Part shown: one piece after another, positions 1 through 8,551 of the stretch
Layout: the number at the start of each line of letters is the position of its first letter
Position numbering within the stretch: position 1 is the first letter of the stretch
DNA from: Patescibacteria group bacterium
GTDB lineage: Bacteria; Patescibacteriota; Patescibacteriia; UBA10025; JAHIVO01
Direction: 5' to 3'
Length of the DNA: 64,000 nt
Assembly: GCA_041650915.1 (NCBI GenBank)
Contig: JBAZKE010000001.1
Location: 251,284-315,283, forward strand
Made by a program: the position numbers and the translations under genes
The notes under the pieces: generated by a model
What the model was told of the DNA's origin: nothing
Databases searched by the model: none
The model's input: the letters and a program-made list of their open reading frames with translations, nothing else

Positions 1-1
1 C

Positions 2-217
2 ATTGCCTTTTATAGCGGGTTAAACCAGTTCACGCACTTTCGGGCGAATACGTTGTATACGCTGACATTTCGTTTCAAGCTCCCGGCTGGCGCCGTTGAC
101 TTTCGTAGATGCCAGCTGGTGATCTACGATTCGCCAGCGTCGTCAAAGGTATATCGGATTGATGGGATCGAGTGCCCGCAGCACTCGAACTCATACCAGT
201 CCGTGGCCGTTCTGTGA
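2..217 (+). CDS. 3' end of a hypothetical protein (partial, runs in from window edge)
   Basis: Frame open from base 2 to TGA at 215-217 (IAFYSGLNQF...QSVAVL*), followed by a terminator hairpin. Confidence 0.5.
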   Translation: MAFYSGLNQFTHFRANTLYTLTFRFKLPAGAVDFRRCQLVIYDSPASSKVYRIDGIECPQHSNSYQSVAVL

Positions 218-260
218 TCGTACCGATGCCAACCTTGGTATTGATATGATCCGAATAAGC

Positions 261-298
261 AAAAGGGCAGTCTCAACAGAGACCGCCCTTTTCTTTTT
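261..298 (+). terminator. Intrinsic terminator
   Basis: AAAAGGGCAGTCTC-AACA-GAGACCGCCCTTTT followed by a T-rich tract. Confidence 0.75.
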
Positions 299-310
299 GT
301 ATGTACAGCC

Positions 311-339
311 TTGCAAAAAGTGGCGGGACGTGCTATAAT
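311..339 (+). promoter_or_regulatory. Sigma70-type promoter for the NHL protein
   Basis: TTGCAA-17 bp-TATAAT with extended -10 TG. Confidence 0.7.
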
Positions 340-384
340 AGCTCTAGGAATACAAAATAAAAATTATCTAAACGGAACGGCAAT

Positions 385-3300
385 ATGAAGAAAGTATTCT
401 ATACTTTTTTTTGTGCACTGGCGGTTTTCGGGGCCGCTAATTTATACGTACCGGCTGCGCACGCCACCTACGGCGACGTAGCGACCTATGCGGGCAGCGT
501 GTACGGCGGCGACGGCGGAGACAAGCTCGATGCGTATTTTGATTTTCCGGAGGACCTGGCGCTCGACACTTCGGGCAACTATTACATTGCCGATACGTAC
601 AACAACGTAATCAGGAAGATTTCTTCGGGCGGGACCGTGAGTACGCTGGCAGGGGGCGGTTCGTACGGCTCTGCGGATGGCGCTTCCACAGCTGCGCAGT
701 TCGCGCTGCCGCGGGGCGTGGCGGCGGGCTCGGATGGCGCGGTGTACGTTGCCGATACCGGCAACAGCAGGATCAGGAAAGTCGCTGCTGACGGAACCGT
801 ATCAACACTCGTGAGCTCGGGGGTTTCTTCTCCATACGGCGTTCGGCCGTACGGCACGCGGCTGTACATCGCCGACTCCGGCAACGGTGCGATCAAGTAC
901 GTGAGCACATCCGGCGGAACGGTCACGACGCTGACGTCATCGCTTTCGGATCCGCGCCGCATGGATATTTCCGATGACGGGCAGACGCTCTACGTCGCCG
1001 ATAATGGCAACCACCGCGTCGTGTCAGTTAATACGACGACGGGTGTCGTTAACGTCATCGCCGGCTCGGGCAACTCAGGGTACGTTGAGGGTATCGGCAC
1101 GCTCGCCCAGTTTGAGAACGTGTGGGGCATTGCGCTCGACGGCGGCTACCTGTACGTATCAGACCACGACGGCTGGACGGTCGACCGGATCAGGAAGATT
1201 AATCTCGCGACGCGGTCGACTTCGCTCGTGTACCAGGATACGCGCCAGAATGAAATGATTTACCCCTCGGGCGTACTCGTAAACGGCGATTACGTTTATA
1301 CCGTGAATGCCGGCCTCGGCACAGTACACCGTTTCAACAAGAATAACGGATCCGACAACAGCTTATTCGCGGGATCGGACCGGTTTGGCAACGAGAACGG
1401 GGATATTGATGGCGCACTCTTCGGGCGGCCGAACGATATGGCCATGACAGCAGACGGGAAGTACCTGTACGTTGCCGACAACAATAAGATACGGAAGATC
1501 GATACCAGTGCGGGAACGGTCAGCCACGTGATCGGTTCGAGCGTTGACAACTACCGGGGAGAGGGGACTGATTACGATGAGCTGCCGGTCCGTTTTTCTA
1601 CGATCCAGGGCATAACGGTCAATGCAGCCGGTACGAGGCTGTACATTGCCGACCGGTGGAATAATAGGATACGGGGCGTTAACCTGACCGCTGATCCGAT
1701 TAGCACGTTTCTCGTATCAGGCGCCGGGCTCATCAATACGCGCGGTGACGATAATAACGGGTACCTGGAGGGGACGCGGTGCTCGGAAGACATTCAGACC
1801 ACGGGCGCATCGGGCTGCTCCTACTTCAGGGCGCCGACTGGAATCGTGATTGATCCGACGAATACGTACCTATACGTTTCAGATACCGGAAACAACAGGA
1901 TCCGGAAAGTGCGCATATCCGACGGCCAGACGTGGCTCGTTGCGGGATCCGGCGAGGCGGGGTACCTGAACGGCATCGGGTCGTCAGCCCGTTTTAACCG
2001 GCCGTTCGGGCTCACGATCGACGCGACCGGGAGCAACCTGTACGTCGCGGATACCAACAACCACGTCATCAGGAAGATTGAGCTCTCGTCAGGTACGGTG
2101 AGTACAGTGGTCGGCAATGGCTCTGCGGGATACCGCGAAGCGATCGGCACCGACGCGGTGCTGTCGTACCCCGAGTACGTCAAGATGTCAGCTGACAATC
2201 AGCTGTATTTTTCCGATACCGGCTCGCAGCGCGTCCGCGTGGTCGATCCGTCAACGCGGCTGACAAAGCTCGTCGCAGGCTCCGGCACGCGCGGGTATAA
2301 GAATGGGGCAAAGGAGTCAGCCCAGTTCAATAATATTAAGGGGCTGCAACCGAGCGCGGACAGCACTCTTCTCTACGTTGCCGACATGTGGAACGACGCC
2401 ATACGGCGCGTCGACGTCGAGGGTGAGGCACCGTATTCTGAGCCGGCACCGACGCTCTCCGCCATTTCCCCGAGCGAGGTCAACCCGGCATGGGATAAAG
2501 GTGCAGGCTTGCACGTGAAGGTTGAGGGCGGAAACTTCCAGCACGGGCTCATCACGCTGTTTGGGAATGCGGAGGCAGAGATCACGTACGTCCAGTCAGC
2601 AACTTCTCTGTCCGTCCGGCTGCCGCTCACCAAGATGAATCCCGGCTGGTACGACGTGACAGTGCGATCGCTCGACGGCCAGGAGGCAACGCTTGAACGG
2701 TCGCTGGGGATCACCAACAGCGCCGGCGTTACACCGGACGTGTACTACGAATACTCCGGCAAGACTGCCGGAACGATTTCTTCGCCAGGATCGTACAGTC
2801 CGCCGATCGCGGAGGGAACATCATTTTTTGCGTACTCTTCATCGCTCCGCGGCGGATACCACACCGGAGCCGGCAACCTGTTGGGGAGCAATGATGAGGA
2901 AATTATCGTCGGTTCGGGCGACGGCATGGCGCCGCACGTTCGGGTGTTTGATAGTACGGGCACCCTGAAAGCCCAGTTTTTCGCGTACGATTCATCGCTC
3001 CGCAATGGCGTTATCGTATCGGCTTGCGATGTGAATGGAGACGGCATGGAAGAGGTCGTTACCGCGCAGGGACCGGGGGGGTGGCCGCTCGTCCGCATTT
3101 TCGACGGGTACGGTACCGTGGTCAACGACGGTTTCTATGTGCTCGACGGCAAGTACACCGGGGGGGTGAACCTTTCGTGCGGTGATACGAATGGCGACGG
3201 CATATCGGAGATCGTCGTCGCGGCGCAGGCGGGCGGCGGTCCGCACGTGCTCGTGTATAACGTCGACGGGAAAATTTTAACCAATTTTATGGCGTACGAT

Positions 3301-3744
3301 CCAAAATTCCGCGGCGGAATCAACGTGACAACCGCTGACGCAGACGGCGACGGCAAAGATGAGATCATTACGGGCCCACAGATCGGGGCGTCGCACGTCC
3401 AGTTTTTCCAGATACGCCCGAATGAGCTTAAGCGCCTGTCACCGGGCTTCTACGCATTCAATCTCGACTACCGCGGCGGCGTATCTGTCGCTGGCGTGGA
3501 TACGGACGGCGACGGCACTAAAGAGGTGCTCGTCGGCGTCGGCGAAGAGGCGTCGCCGCTCGTCCGGGTTTTCAATATCCACGAGGAGCTGCAGAAGGAG
3601 TTTTACGTGTACACGACAACGTACCTCGGCGGCGTTAACATTGCAGGCGGTGACGTCGATGGTGACGGCGCAGACGAGCTCATGACGGTACCGAGGTCGG
3701 GTGGCGGGCCCAACGTCCGCGTCATTAACGTCGATGAGGTGTAG
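385..3744 (+). CDS. Secreted NHL-repeat beta-propeller protein with IPT/TIG domain and C-terminal FG-GAP-like repeats
   Basis: Signal peptide ending AHA; many LYVADTxNxRIRK NHL repeats; PTLSAISPS IPT start; DVNGDG/DTDGDG plus GGxxVA repeats. Confidence 0.9.
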   Translation: MKKVFYTFFCALAVFGAANLYVPAAHATYGDVATYAGSVYGGDGGDKLDAYFDFPEDLALDTSGNYYIADTYNNVIRKISSGGTVSTLAGGGSYGSADGASTAAQFALPRGVAAGSDGAVYVADTGNSRIRKVAADGTVSTLVSSGVSSPYGVRPYGTRLYIADSGNGAIKYVSTSGGTVTTLTSSLSDPRRMDISDDGQTLYVADNGNHRVVSVNTTTGVVNVIAGSGNSGYVEGIGTLAQFENVWGIALDGGYLYVSDHDGWTVDRIRKINLATRSTSLVYQDTRQNEMIYPSGVLVNGDYVYTVNAGLGTVHRFNKNNGSDNSLFAGSDRFGNENGDIDGALFGRPNDMAMTADGKYLYVADNNKIRKIDTSAGTVSHVIGSSVDNYRGEGTDYDELPVRFSTIQGITVNAAGTRLYIADRWNNRIRGVNLTADPISTFLVSGAGLINTRGDDNNGYLEGTRCSEDIQTTGASGCSYFRAPTGIVIDPTNTYLYVSDTGNNRIRKVRISDGQTWLVAGSGEAGYLNGIGSSARFNRPFGLTIDATGSNLYVADTNNHVIRKIELSSGTVSTVVGNGSAGYREAIGTDAVLSYPEYVKMSADNQLYFSDTGSQRVRVVDPSTRLTKLVAGSGTRGYKNGAKESAQFNNIKGLQPSADSTLLYVADMWNDAIRRVDVEGEAPYSEPAPTLSAISPSEVNPAWDKGAGLHVKVEGGNFQHGLITLFGNAEAEITYVQSATSLSVRLPLTKMNPGWYDVTVRSLDGQEATLERSLGITNSAGVTPDVYYEYSGKTAGTISSPGSYSPPIAEGTSFFAYSSSLRGGYHTGAGNLLGSNDEEIIVGSGDGMAPHVRVFDSTGTLKAQFFAYDSSLRNGVIVSACDVNGDGMEEVVTAQGPGGWPLVRIFDGYGTVVNDGFYVLDGKYTGGVNLSCGDTNGDGISEIVVAAQAGGGPHVLVYNVDGKILTNFMAYDPKFRGGINVTTADADGDGKDEIITGPQIGASHVQFFQIRPNELKRLSPGFYAFNLDYRGGVSVAGVDTDGDGTKEVLVGVGEEASPLVRVFNIHEELQKEFYVYTTTYLGGVNIAGGDVDGDGADELMTVPRSGGGPNVRVINVDEV

Positions 3745-3816
3745 CCAGCGGGCTGGCATTATCCGATTGCATGCGCTATACTGATTGACTATTACTAAAT
3801 AATTAACAACCATGCT

Positions 3817-6087
3817 ATGCATCACAGTGAGAGTAAGGGAGCGTCGATAATTCCGGCCGTTTCGATCATTCTGGTCGCACTCCTTATCGGCGGCGGCCTT
3901 TTCTGGTACTCCCTTAATAAGGAAATCGTTTTTCCAGAGACCAACTTGGCTATGACCGGCGGCGCGCCGATCGCTGGAACCCTCGCGTACCAGCAGGGCG
4001 ATGTTTTTGTTTTATTCGCCTCGGGAAGCGAGTGGGAGCAGGCTGAGACGGATACAGTCCTCCATGCTGGGGACAGCGTACGGACAGGCGATGCGTCGAC
4101 AAATCCAAAAGCAATTATCGATCTGGAGATGGGCGATACGATCCGGCTCGGATATGGCACCGAGCTGTCGTTCTCTGCGCTCAAGCAGGATAAGGTCACG
4201 GTCTCTCAGGTCACGGGAGCAATTTACAGCCGCGTCGCGAAGCGGAGCAGGGGCCTGTACGAAGTGCAGGTCGGCGATGTGAGGATACGGGCGCTCGGAA
4301 CCGCGTTCGACGTCGTCATCGACGGCAAGGAGGTTGGCGTCAACGTCGTTGAGAGCACGGTTGCCGTGGTTACCGATGCGGGGCAGCAGAGGGTAGAAGA
4401 GGGAAGCTCAGCTACCATTGATAGTGACACGAAGGATCTTAGCGTAACATTGATGGATCAGTCAGCATTGGATAATGAATGGTATACCTGGAATAAAGAG
4501 GAGGATTCAAAGACAAACCGCGATCTTGGCATCCTTGAGCAGTTTGCCGGGCCGGATGTCGACGTTACGAGCCCTGCAGACGGCAGCACGGTAAAAACTG
4601 CAACGGTCACGGTAAGCGGGACGGTGAGTGATTTTGAAGCAACGGTCACAGTTGGCGGAGCGGCAGTCGTGAACAGCGCCGGGCAGTTTACCCATGAGGT
4701 AGAGCTTGTTTCCGGAAAGAACGTCATTTCCGTTACAGCCCAGAATGCCGAGGGGTACCGGACAGTAAAAGAAATCAAGGTGACGTACGCCGAAGACATT
4801 CCGGCAACTGCGACGCCCATCGAGGTATCCGCAGAGACAGGAGCGGACGGCGTTTCCCTTTCCTGGAACCAGTCATCGGGCACTGTGTTCCAGTATTATA
4901 AAGTAGTCAGGTCAGAGAGCAATCCGGAGCCAACCTATCCCGACGACGGCTACATTGCGGTATTGAACAAAGGAGACGAGCGCTATACTGATACTGAGGT
5001 TTCAGCGGATAAGACGTACTACTACCGCATTTGTGAAGTCATGGCCGAGGGTGAGGTTTTTTGTTCGAACGTGGTGCATATGAAAGGCAAACAGCAGCAG
5101 GAACAAAATGAGAACCAGAATCAGGGTGAAACCCAGAATCAGGAGCAGGAGCACAATCAGGAGCAGGCGACGGAGGCAGGGCTGTCGCTCTCGGCCACCG
5201 CAGAGTCGGATGGGGTGCACCTTAGCTGGACGACCGGCGGTCTCGACGTTTCAGGAGGATTCAAGCTCGTGAGGGGCACTGCGGCTAATCCGGTGTATCC
5301 GGGAAATGACTATCAGTATCTCTCGGACAGTTCAGCGCGAAGTTATACCTGGGCGCTTACCGACGGAAAGACGTATCACTTCCGCGTATGCCAGTACAAT
5401 GGTGAGGGGACGTGCCTTTCTTACAGCAACAATGTCGAGCTGACTGCGTATGAGCAGCCGACACCCGAGATAAGCCTCATCATGTCAGCGACGCCGGAAG
5501 ATACCGGTGTCGGGCTCTGGTGGTCGGATGTTTCTGCCATGTCGGGGTTTAAGTACTATAAGGTTGTCAGGTCAGAGACAAACGCTGACTTGCGGTACCC
5601 GGACGACAGCTACATCGCGGTCAAGTCAGCGGGGGAGGAGAGCCACCGCGACTACAGCGCGGTCAAAGGGACGCCGTACTTTTACCGCATTTGTGCGGTC
5701 GGTGATGCGATTGTGTGCAGCAACGTACTCCAGATAACCCCGATCCATACGAATGCTGCGCCGACAGCCGGTACGCTCTCGGGGTCGTTCAGCGGCGGAC
5801 AGCTCACGCTCTCCTGGACCGCATCAGGCGAAGCTGACTTTAAGTACTATAAGGTCGTATGGTCCCAGGCCGATTCGACGCCCGTCTATCCGACCGATGG
5901 GTATATCGGAGTGATTTCAGATGCGAATACGGTAACGTTTACCGATGATGGCGAACCCGCTGGATCGAGAAAAGACAGCGTGTGCCTGAACTGCACGACA
6001 AACTACTACGCCGTGTGCGTCGTCGATTCCCAGAGCCAGGTTGCTTGCAGCAATGCGGTCACGCTTTCTGGCGGGGCGGTCCAGTAA
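3817..6087 (+). CDS. Membrane-anchored FecR-domain protein with Ig-like and four FN3-like repeats
   Basis: N-terminal TM; GDSVRTG and ALGTAFDV FecR motifs; GKNVISVTAQN Ig-like strand; repeated YYKVVRS..YP.DGYI units. Confidence 0.8.
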   Translation: MHHSESKGASIIPAVSIILVALLIGGGLFWYSLNKEIVFPETNLAMTGGAPIAGTLAYQQGDVFVLFASGSEWEQAETDTVLHAGDSVRTGDASTNPKAIIDLEMGDTIRLGYGTELSFSALKQDKVTVSQVTGAIYSRVAKRSRGLYEVQVGDVRIRALGTAFDVVIDGKEVGVNVVESTVAVVTDAGQQRVEEGSSATIDSDTKDLSVTLMDQSALDNEWYTWNKEEDSKTNRDLGILEQFAGPDVDVTSPADGSTVKTATVTVSGTVSDFEATVTVGGAAVVNSAGQFTHEVELVSGKNVISVTAQNAEGYRTVKEIKVTYAEDIPATATPIEVSAETGADGVSLSWNQSSGTVFQYYKVVRSESNPEPTYPDDGYIAVLNKGDERYTDTEVSADKTYYYRICEVMAEGEVFCSNVVHMKGKQQQEQNENQNQGETQNQEQEHNQEQATEAGLSLSATAESDGVHLSWTTGGLDVSGGFKLVRGTAANPVYPGNDYQYLSDSSARSYTWALTDGKTYHFRVCQYNGEGTCLSYSNNVELTAYEQPTPEISLIMSATPEDTGVGLWWSDVSAMSGFKYYKVVRSETNADLRYPDDSYIAVKSAGEESHRDYSAVKGTPYFYRICAVGDAIVCSNVLQITPIHTNAAPTAGTLSGSFSGGQLTLSWTASGEADFKYYKVVWSQADSTPVYPTDGYIGVISDANTVTFTDDGEPAGSRKDSVCLNCTTNYYAVCVVDSQSQVACSNAVTLSGGAVQ

Positions 6088-6110
6088 CGATACTGCGTTT
6101 AAAAGAAAGG

Positions 6111-6142
6111 AGGCAGCCTGTCGGAAGGCAGGCTGCCTTTTT
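6111..6142. terminator. Probable bidirectional terminator between convergent genes
   Basis: AGGCAGCCTGTC-GGAA-GGCAGGCTGCCT flanked by A-rich (left) and T-run (right) tracts. Confidence 0.7.
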
Positions 6143-6157
6143 GTTGAATTTTGATTT

Positions 6158-7300
6158 CTATCCCTCATACGCATAGCGATTGACCGGGATCAAACCTCGG
6201 TACGCCAATATTGCCTGGCGTGCGAGAGATTGCATCTCGAGATCCTCGGCATTCACGCGATTGATGGGGATCACGTCCTCAAGGTACACGTAAACGCCTT
6301 CCGTCAGCTCGGCAGCTGCCGTCATCTTGCCGGACCAGTAGAGCACGTCTGCATGGAAACCGATGTCGACGAGCCGCTTGCCGACCTCCTCGGCAATCCG
6401 CAGGTACCATCGGTCGAGCACTTCCAGCACTTCTTCATTGCCCTGGCGGGCGAGTTTGATGATGTCCTTGAAATCGGTAACGCCGAGGTGGCCAAGGTGG
6501 CTCATGAGGCCGGAGCGCTTGAGCAAGAGTTTCGCAATTTCACCGAAGTCCTTGCCGTCATTCCTCGCGAGGTCGTGGATATACCGGGCGAAGTCGAGCG
6601 ACGGCACGTCACAGCAGCGCGTGATTCCCGGAGGGCCGATCTGATTGGGATTGCTCACCGCGATGATTTTGCCCTTGCGAACAGCTGCGATGCTGAATCC
6701 GCCGCCTCCGGCATAGATGAAGATGCCGTTCGCTTCGCAGGCGTTGATTCTGTTTTCTTGTGCCCAGGAAGCGATCATTTCCCGCAGCGCAAGGTAGTGG
6801 CCGTGTGATTCGATCGGCAGCCCTTTGATTCCGCTCATCTTGCACGCCTGGTTGTAGGCAGGGTCTTCGCCCGAAACGGGATCTGCGAAGAAGACGTTGT
6901 CCTGGATGCCGAGCTCCTGTGCGACTGCAAAGCCGTCGGTCGGCGCGTTGTTGCATACGTGAATCGTGCCGAAGTGGCCACGGGCGCATGCTCTCAGCAC
7001 CGGCTCATCGACCCGCGTAACACCGGGAAGCGCGTTGACTAGGATAGCGCCCCGTGTCGCGATCCCGCACACGGCCAGTGTGCCGGATGGGTCTGGCAGT
7101 TTTTCGGCAATGAATTTAATGTAGCGAAGCAGCGATGACTGGCGGTCGCCTGCCGCCGCATTGTCCGGAAATTCCAGTACGCGTTTGTCGATAAATTCAC
7201 CATTGATTGGAAATTGATCGATATCCGCGGTAAAAACTTCCGCACTGGTGGAGCCGGGGTTATAGCCGATGATAACCCTGCACGTTTTACTTTCTGACAT
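6158..7300 (-). CDS. Divergent butyrate kinase-like protein (acetokinase/ASKHA family)
   Basis: NPGSTS, RGA, ADPVS, SG..HGH, GGGGFSI..RKGKII.VSN and EMQSLA motifs collinear with Buk. Confidence 0.75.
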   Translation of the reverse strand: MSESKTCRVIIGYNPGSTSAEVFTADIDQFPINGEFIDKRVLEFPDNAAAGDRQSSLLRYIKFIAEKLPDPSGTLAVCGIATRGAILVNALPGVTRVDEPVLRACARGHFGTIHVCNNAPTDGFAVAQELGIQDNVFFADPVSGEDPAYNQACKMSGIKGLPIESHGHYLALREMIASWAQENRINACEANGIFIYAGGGGFSIAAVRKGKIIAVSNPNQIGPPGITRCCDVPSLDFARYIHDLARNDGKDFGEIAKLLLKRSGLMSHLGHLGVTDFKDIIKLARQGNEEVLEVLDRWYLRIAEEVGKRLVDIGFHADVLYWSGKMTAAAELTEGVYVYLEDVIPINRVNAEDLEMQSLARQAILAYRGLIPVNRYAYEG

Positions 7301-7307
7301 CGTATGT

Positions 7308-7389
7308 CCTCCCTTGGACTATGGGTTGTGGGATAGTAGGTTCTTTTTTTGTATCCGATTACTGTATCAGAGGTTGAGCCGTTCGTCAA
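7308..7389 (-). promoter_or_regulatory. Promoter and SD of the butyrate kinase-like gene
   Basis: Minus strand TTGACG(7389-7384)-17 bp-TACAGT(7366-7361) with TG extension; GGAGG at 7312-7308. Confidence 0.65.
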
Positions 7390-7534
7390 TCAAAAAACCT
7401 CTCCGCACAGAGCCGCTGGGTAAGCGGTGTGGTTACAAAAAAATTCCTGCAGGTTTAAAGGGATTTGGCGCCGACGCGCTTCTTGTGCTGCATTCGCGCG
7501 CGTAATTAACGGCGTTGCGTACGCCAAAACAGAG

Positions 7535-7654
7535 CGGACCCAAGGGGATTTGGTTCCGGGGTGCTCGGGCGGTTCCCGCATCCTCGCACCCGTGCTCGCG
7601 GTCGCGACTCAAGCAGGTGAGTCGCTTATTCCGCTCGCACCCCCTGATCTCTTC
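7535..7654 (-). pseudogene. 3' half of an outer, interrupted tRNA-Asp copy (positions ~40-73) with an ~86-nt T-loop insertion
   Basis: GAAGAGATCAGGGG [insert 7640-7554] CCAAATCCCCTTGGGTCCG matches the intact tRNA 3' half. Confidence 0.85.
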
Positions 7655-7694
7655 AGTTAGATTTTAGAGGTTAAGAGAATACTTCAAAACTAAG

Positions 7695-7769
7695 CGGACC
7701 CAAGGGGATTTGGACCCCTGATCTCCTCCGTGACAGGGAGGCGTGTTAACCGGGCTACACCATGGGTCC
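7695..7769 (-). tRNA. trnD: tRNA-Asp(GUC), 75 nt, CCA not encoded
   Basis: GGACCCA/TGGGTCC acceptor, G73, GTGT/ACAC D stem, CCTCC-CTGTCAC-GGAGG anticodon arm, AGGGG-TCCAAAT-CCCCT T arm. Confidence 0.95.
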
Positions 7770-7810
7770 GCTTAGTTTTGAAAGTCAGATTCGTTCTATC
7801 GTGTTATTGA

Positions 7811-7887
7811 GGAGGCATGCCTGCCCCGCCGTATGGCGGGATTAACCGGGCTAGTTCTCCCGTCGAATGACGGGACACCATGGGTCC
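7811..7887 (-). pseudogene. 5' half of the outer interrupted tRNA-Asp copy (positions 1-31) with two 22-nt hairpin insertions
   Basis: GGACCCATGGTG [22 nt] TAGCCCGGTTAA [22 nt] CATGCCTCC; only one substitution (C25T) versus the intact copy. Confidence 0.85.
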
Positions 7888-7907
7888 GTTCTGCTGGTGA
7901 AGATTCG

Positions 7908-8252
7908 CTATTTAACTGCTTTTTTCACGATCGCTTCGAATGCTTTCGGCTCGTGCTCCGCGAGCTCCGCGAGCATTTTTCTGTTGAGCTCAATCTTCGC
8001 GTTTTTTAGCGCCCTCATGAATGTGCCGTACGTCATGCCGCGCTCGCGAGCTGCAGCGTTGATCTTGATATTCCAGAGGTTTCTCGTTGTCCGTTTTTTC
8101 TTCCGGCGGTCGTTGTACGCGTGCACGCCTGCCTTTATTGCTGCAACCTTGGCGAGTTTTGGCTTACTCTTCCGCCCCCAGCGGTAACCTTTTGTCTTTT
8201 TGAGGAGGTTCTTCCGCCTTTTCAAATGTGATATTCCGCGTTTTACTCTCAT
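7908..8252 (-). CDS. rplT: 50S ribosomal protein L20
   Basis: MRVKRG..KGY.G..DRRKKKR..RNLW..KINAAAR..LNRKMLAELA. Confidence 0.98.
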   Translation of the reverse strand: MRVKRGISHLKRRKNLLKKTKGYRWGRKSKPKLAKVAAIKAGVHAYNDRRKKKRTTRNLWNIKINAAARERGMTYGTFMRALKNAKIELNRKMLAELAEHEPKAFEAIVKKAVK

Positions 8253-8257
8253 AGTTA

Positions 8258-8464
8258 TTAGCCGTAGGGCGTTAGCTTTTTAATCGTTTTAATCTGCGTT
8301 TCATGCGCTGGAATGTCCCTCCGCTTGCGCATGCTGATCACGCCGGACTCTCTCGCATTGAAGTGGTCCTGCCCGGATTGCCTGCGGAGTACCTTGCGTT
8401 TGGACTGCGATCCTGTGAATTGGAACCGCTTCTTAGTCGCTTTGTGTGTTTTAAGCTTTGGCAT
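8258..8464 (-). CDS. rpmI: 50S ribosomal protein L35
   Basis: MPKLKTHKATKKRF...LTPYG; ATG at 8464; infC-rpmI-rplT order. Confidence 0.95.
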   Translation of the reverse strand: MPKLKTHKATKKRFQFTGSQSKRKVLRRQSGQDHFNARESGVISMRKRRDIPAHETQIKTIKKLTPYG

Positions 8465-8551
8465 AGTATGTTTCGTATTGGTTGAATAAGTAGTAACCAG
8501 TATACTGCAATACCGCCGCGGTGTCACGGCAGCTTGCTTGAGCCGCGCGGC

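Noticed and set aside
7390-7660. Short ORFs overlapping the tRNA locus
   Set aside because: Incidental frames across structured RNA sequence; no protein motifs
7535-7887. Outer tRNA as a spliceable intron-containing tRNA (group I or archaeal BHB)
   Set aside because: Inserts are too short for group I cores; the outer copy lacks its own anticodon loop and has a mismatched anticodon stem (CCTCC/TGAAG), so splicing would not give a functional tRNA
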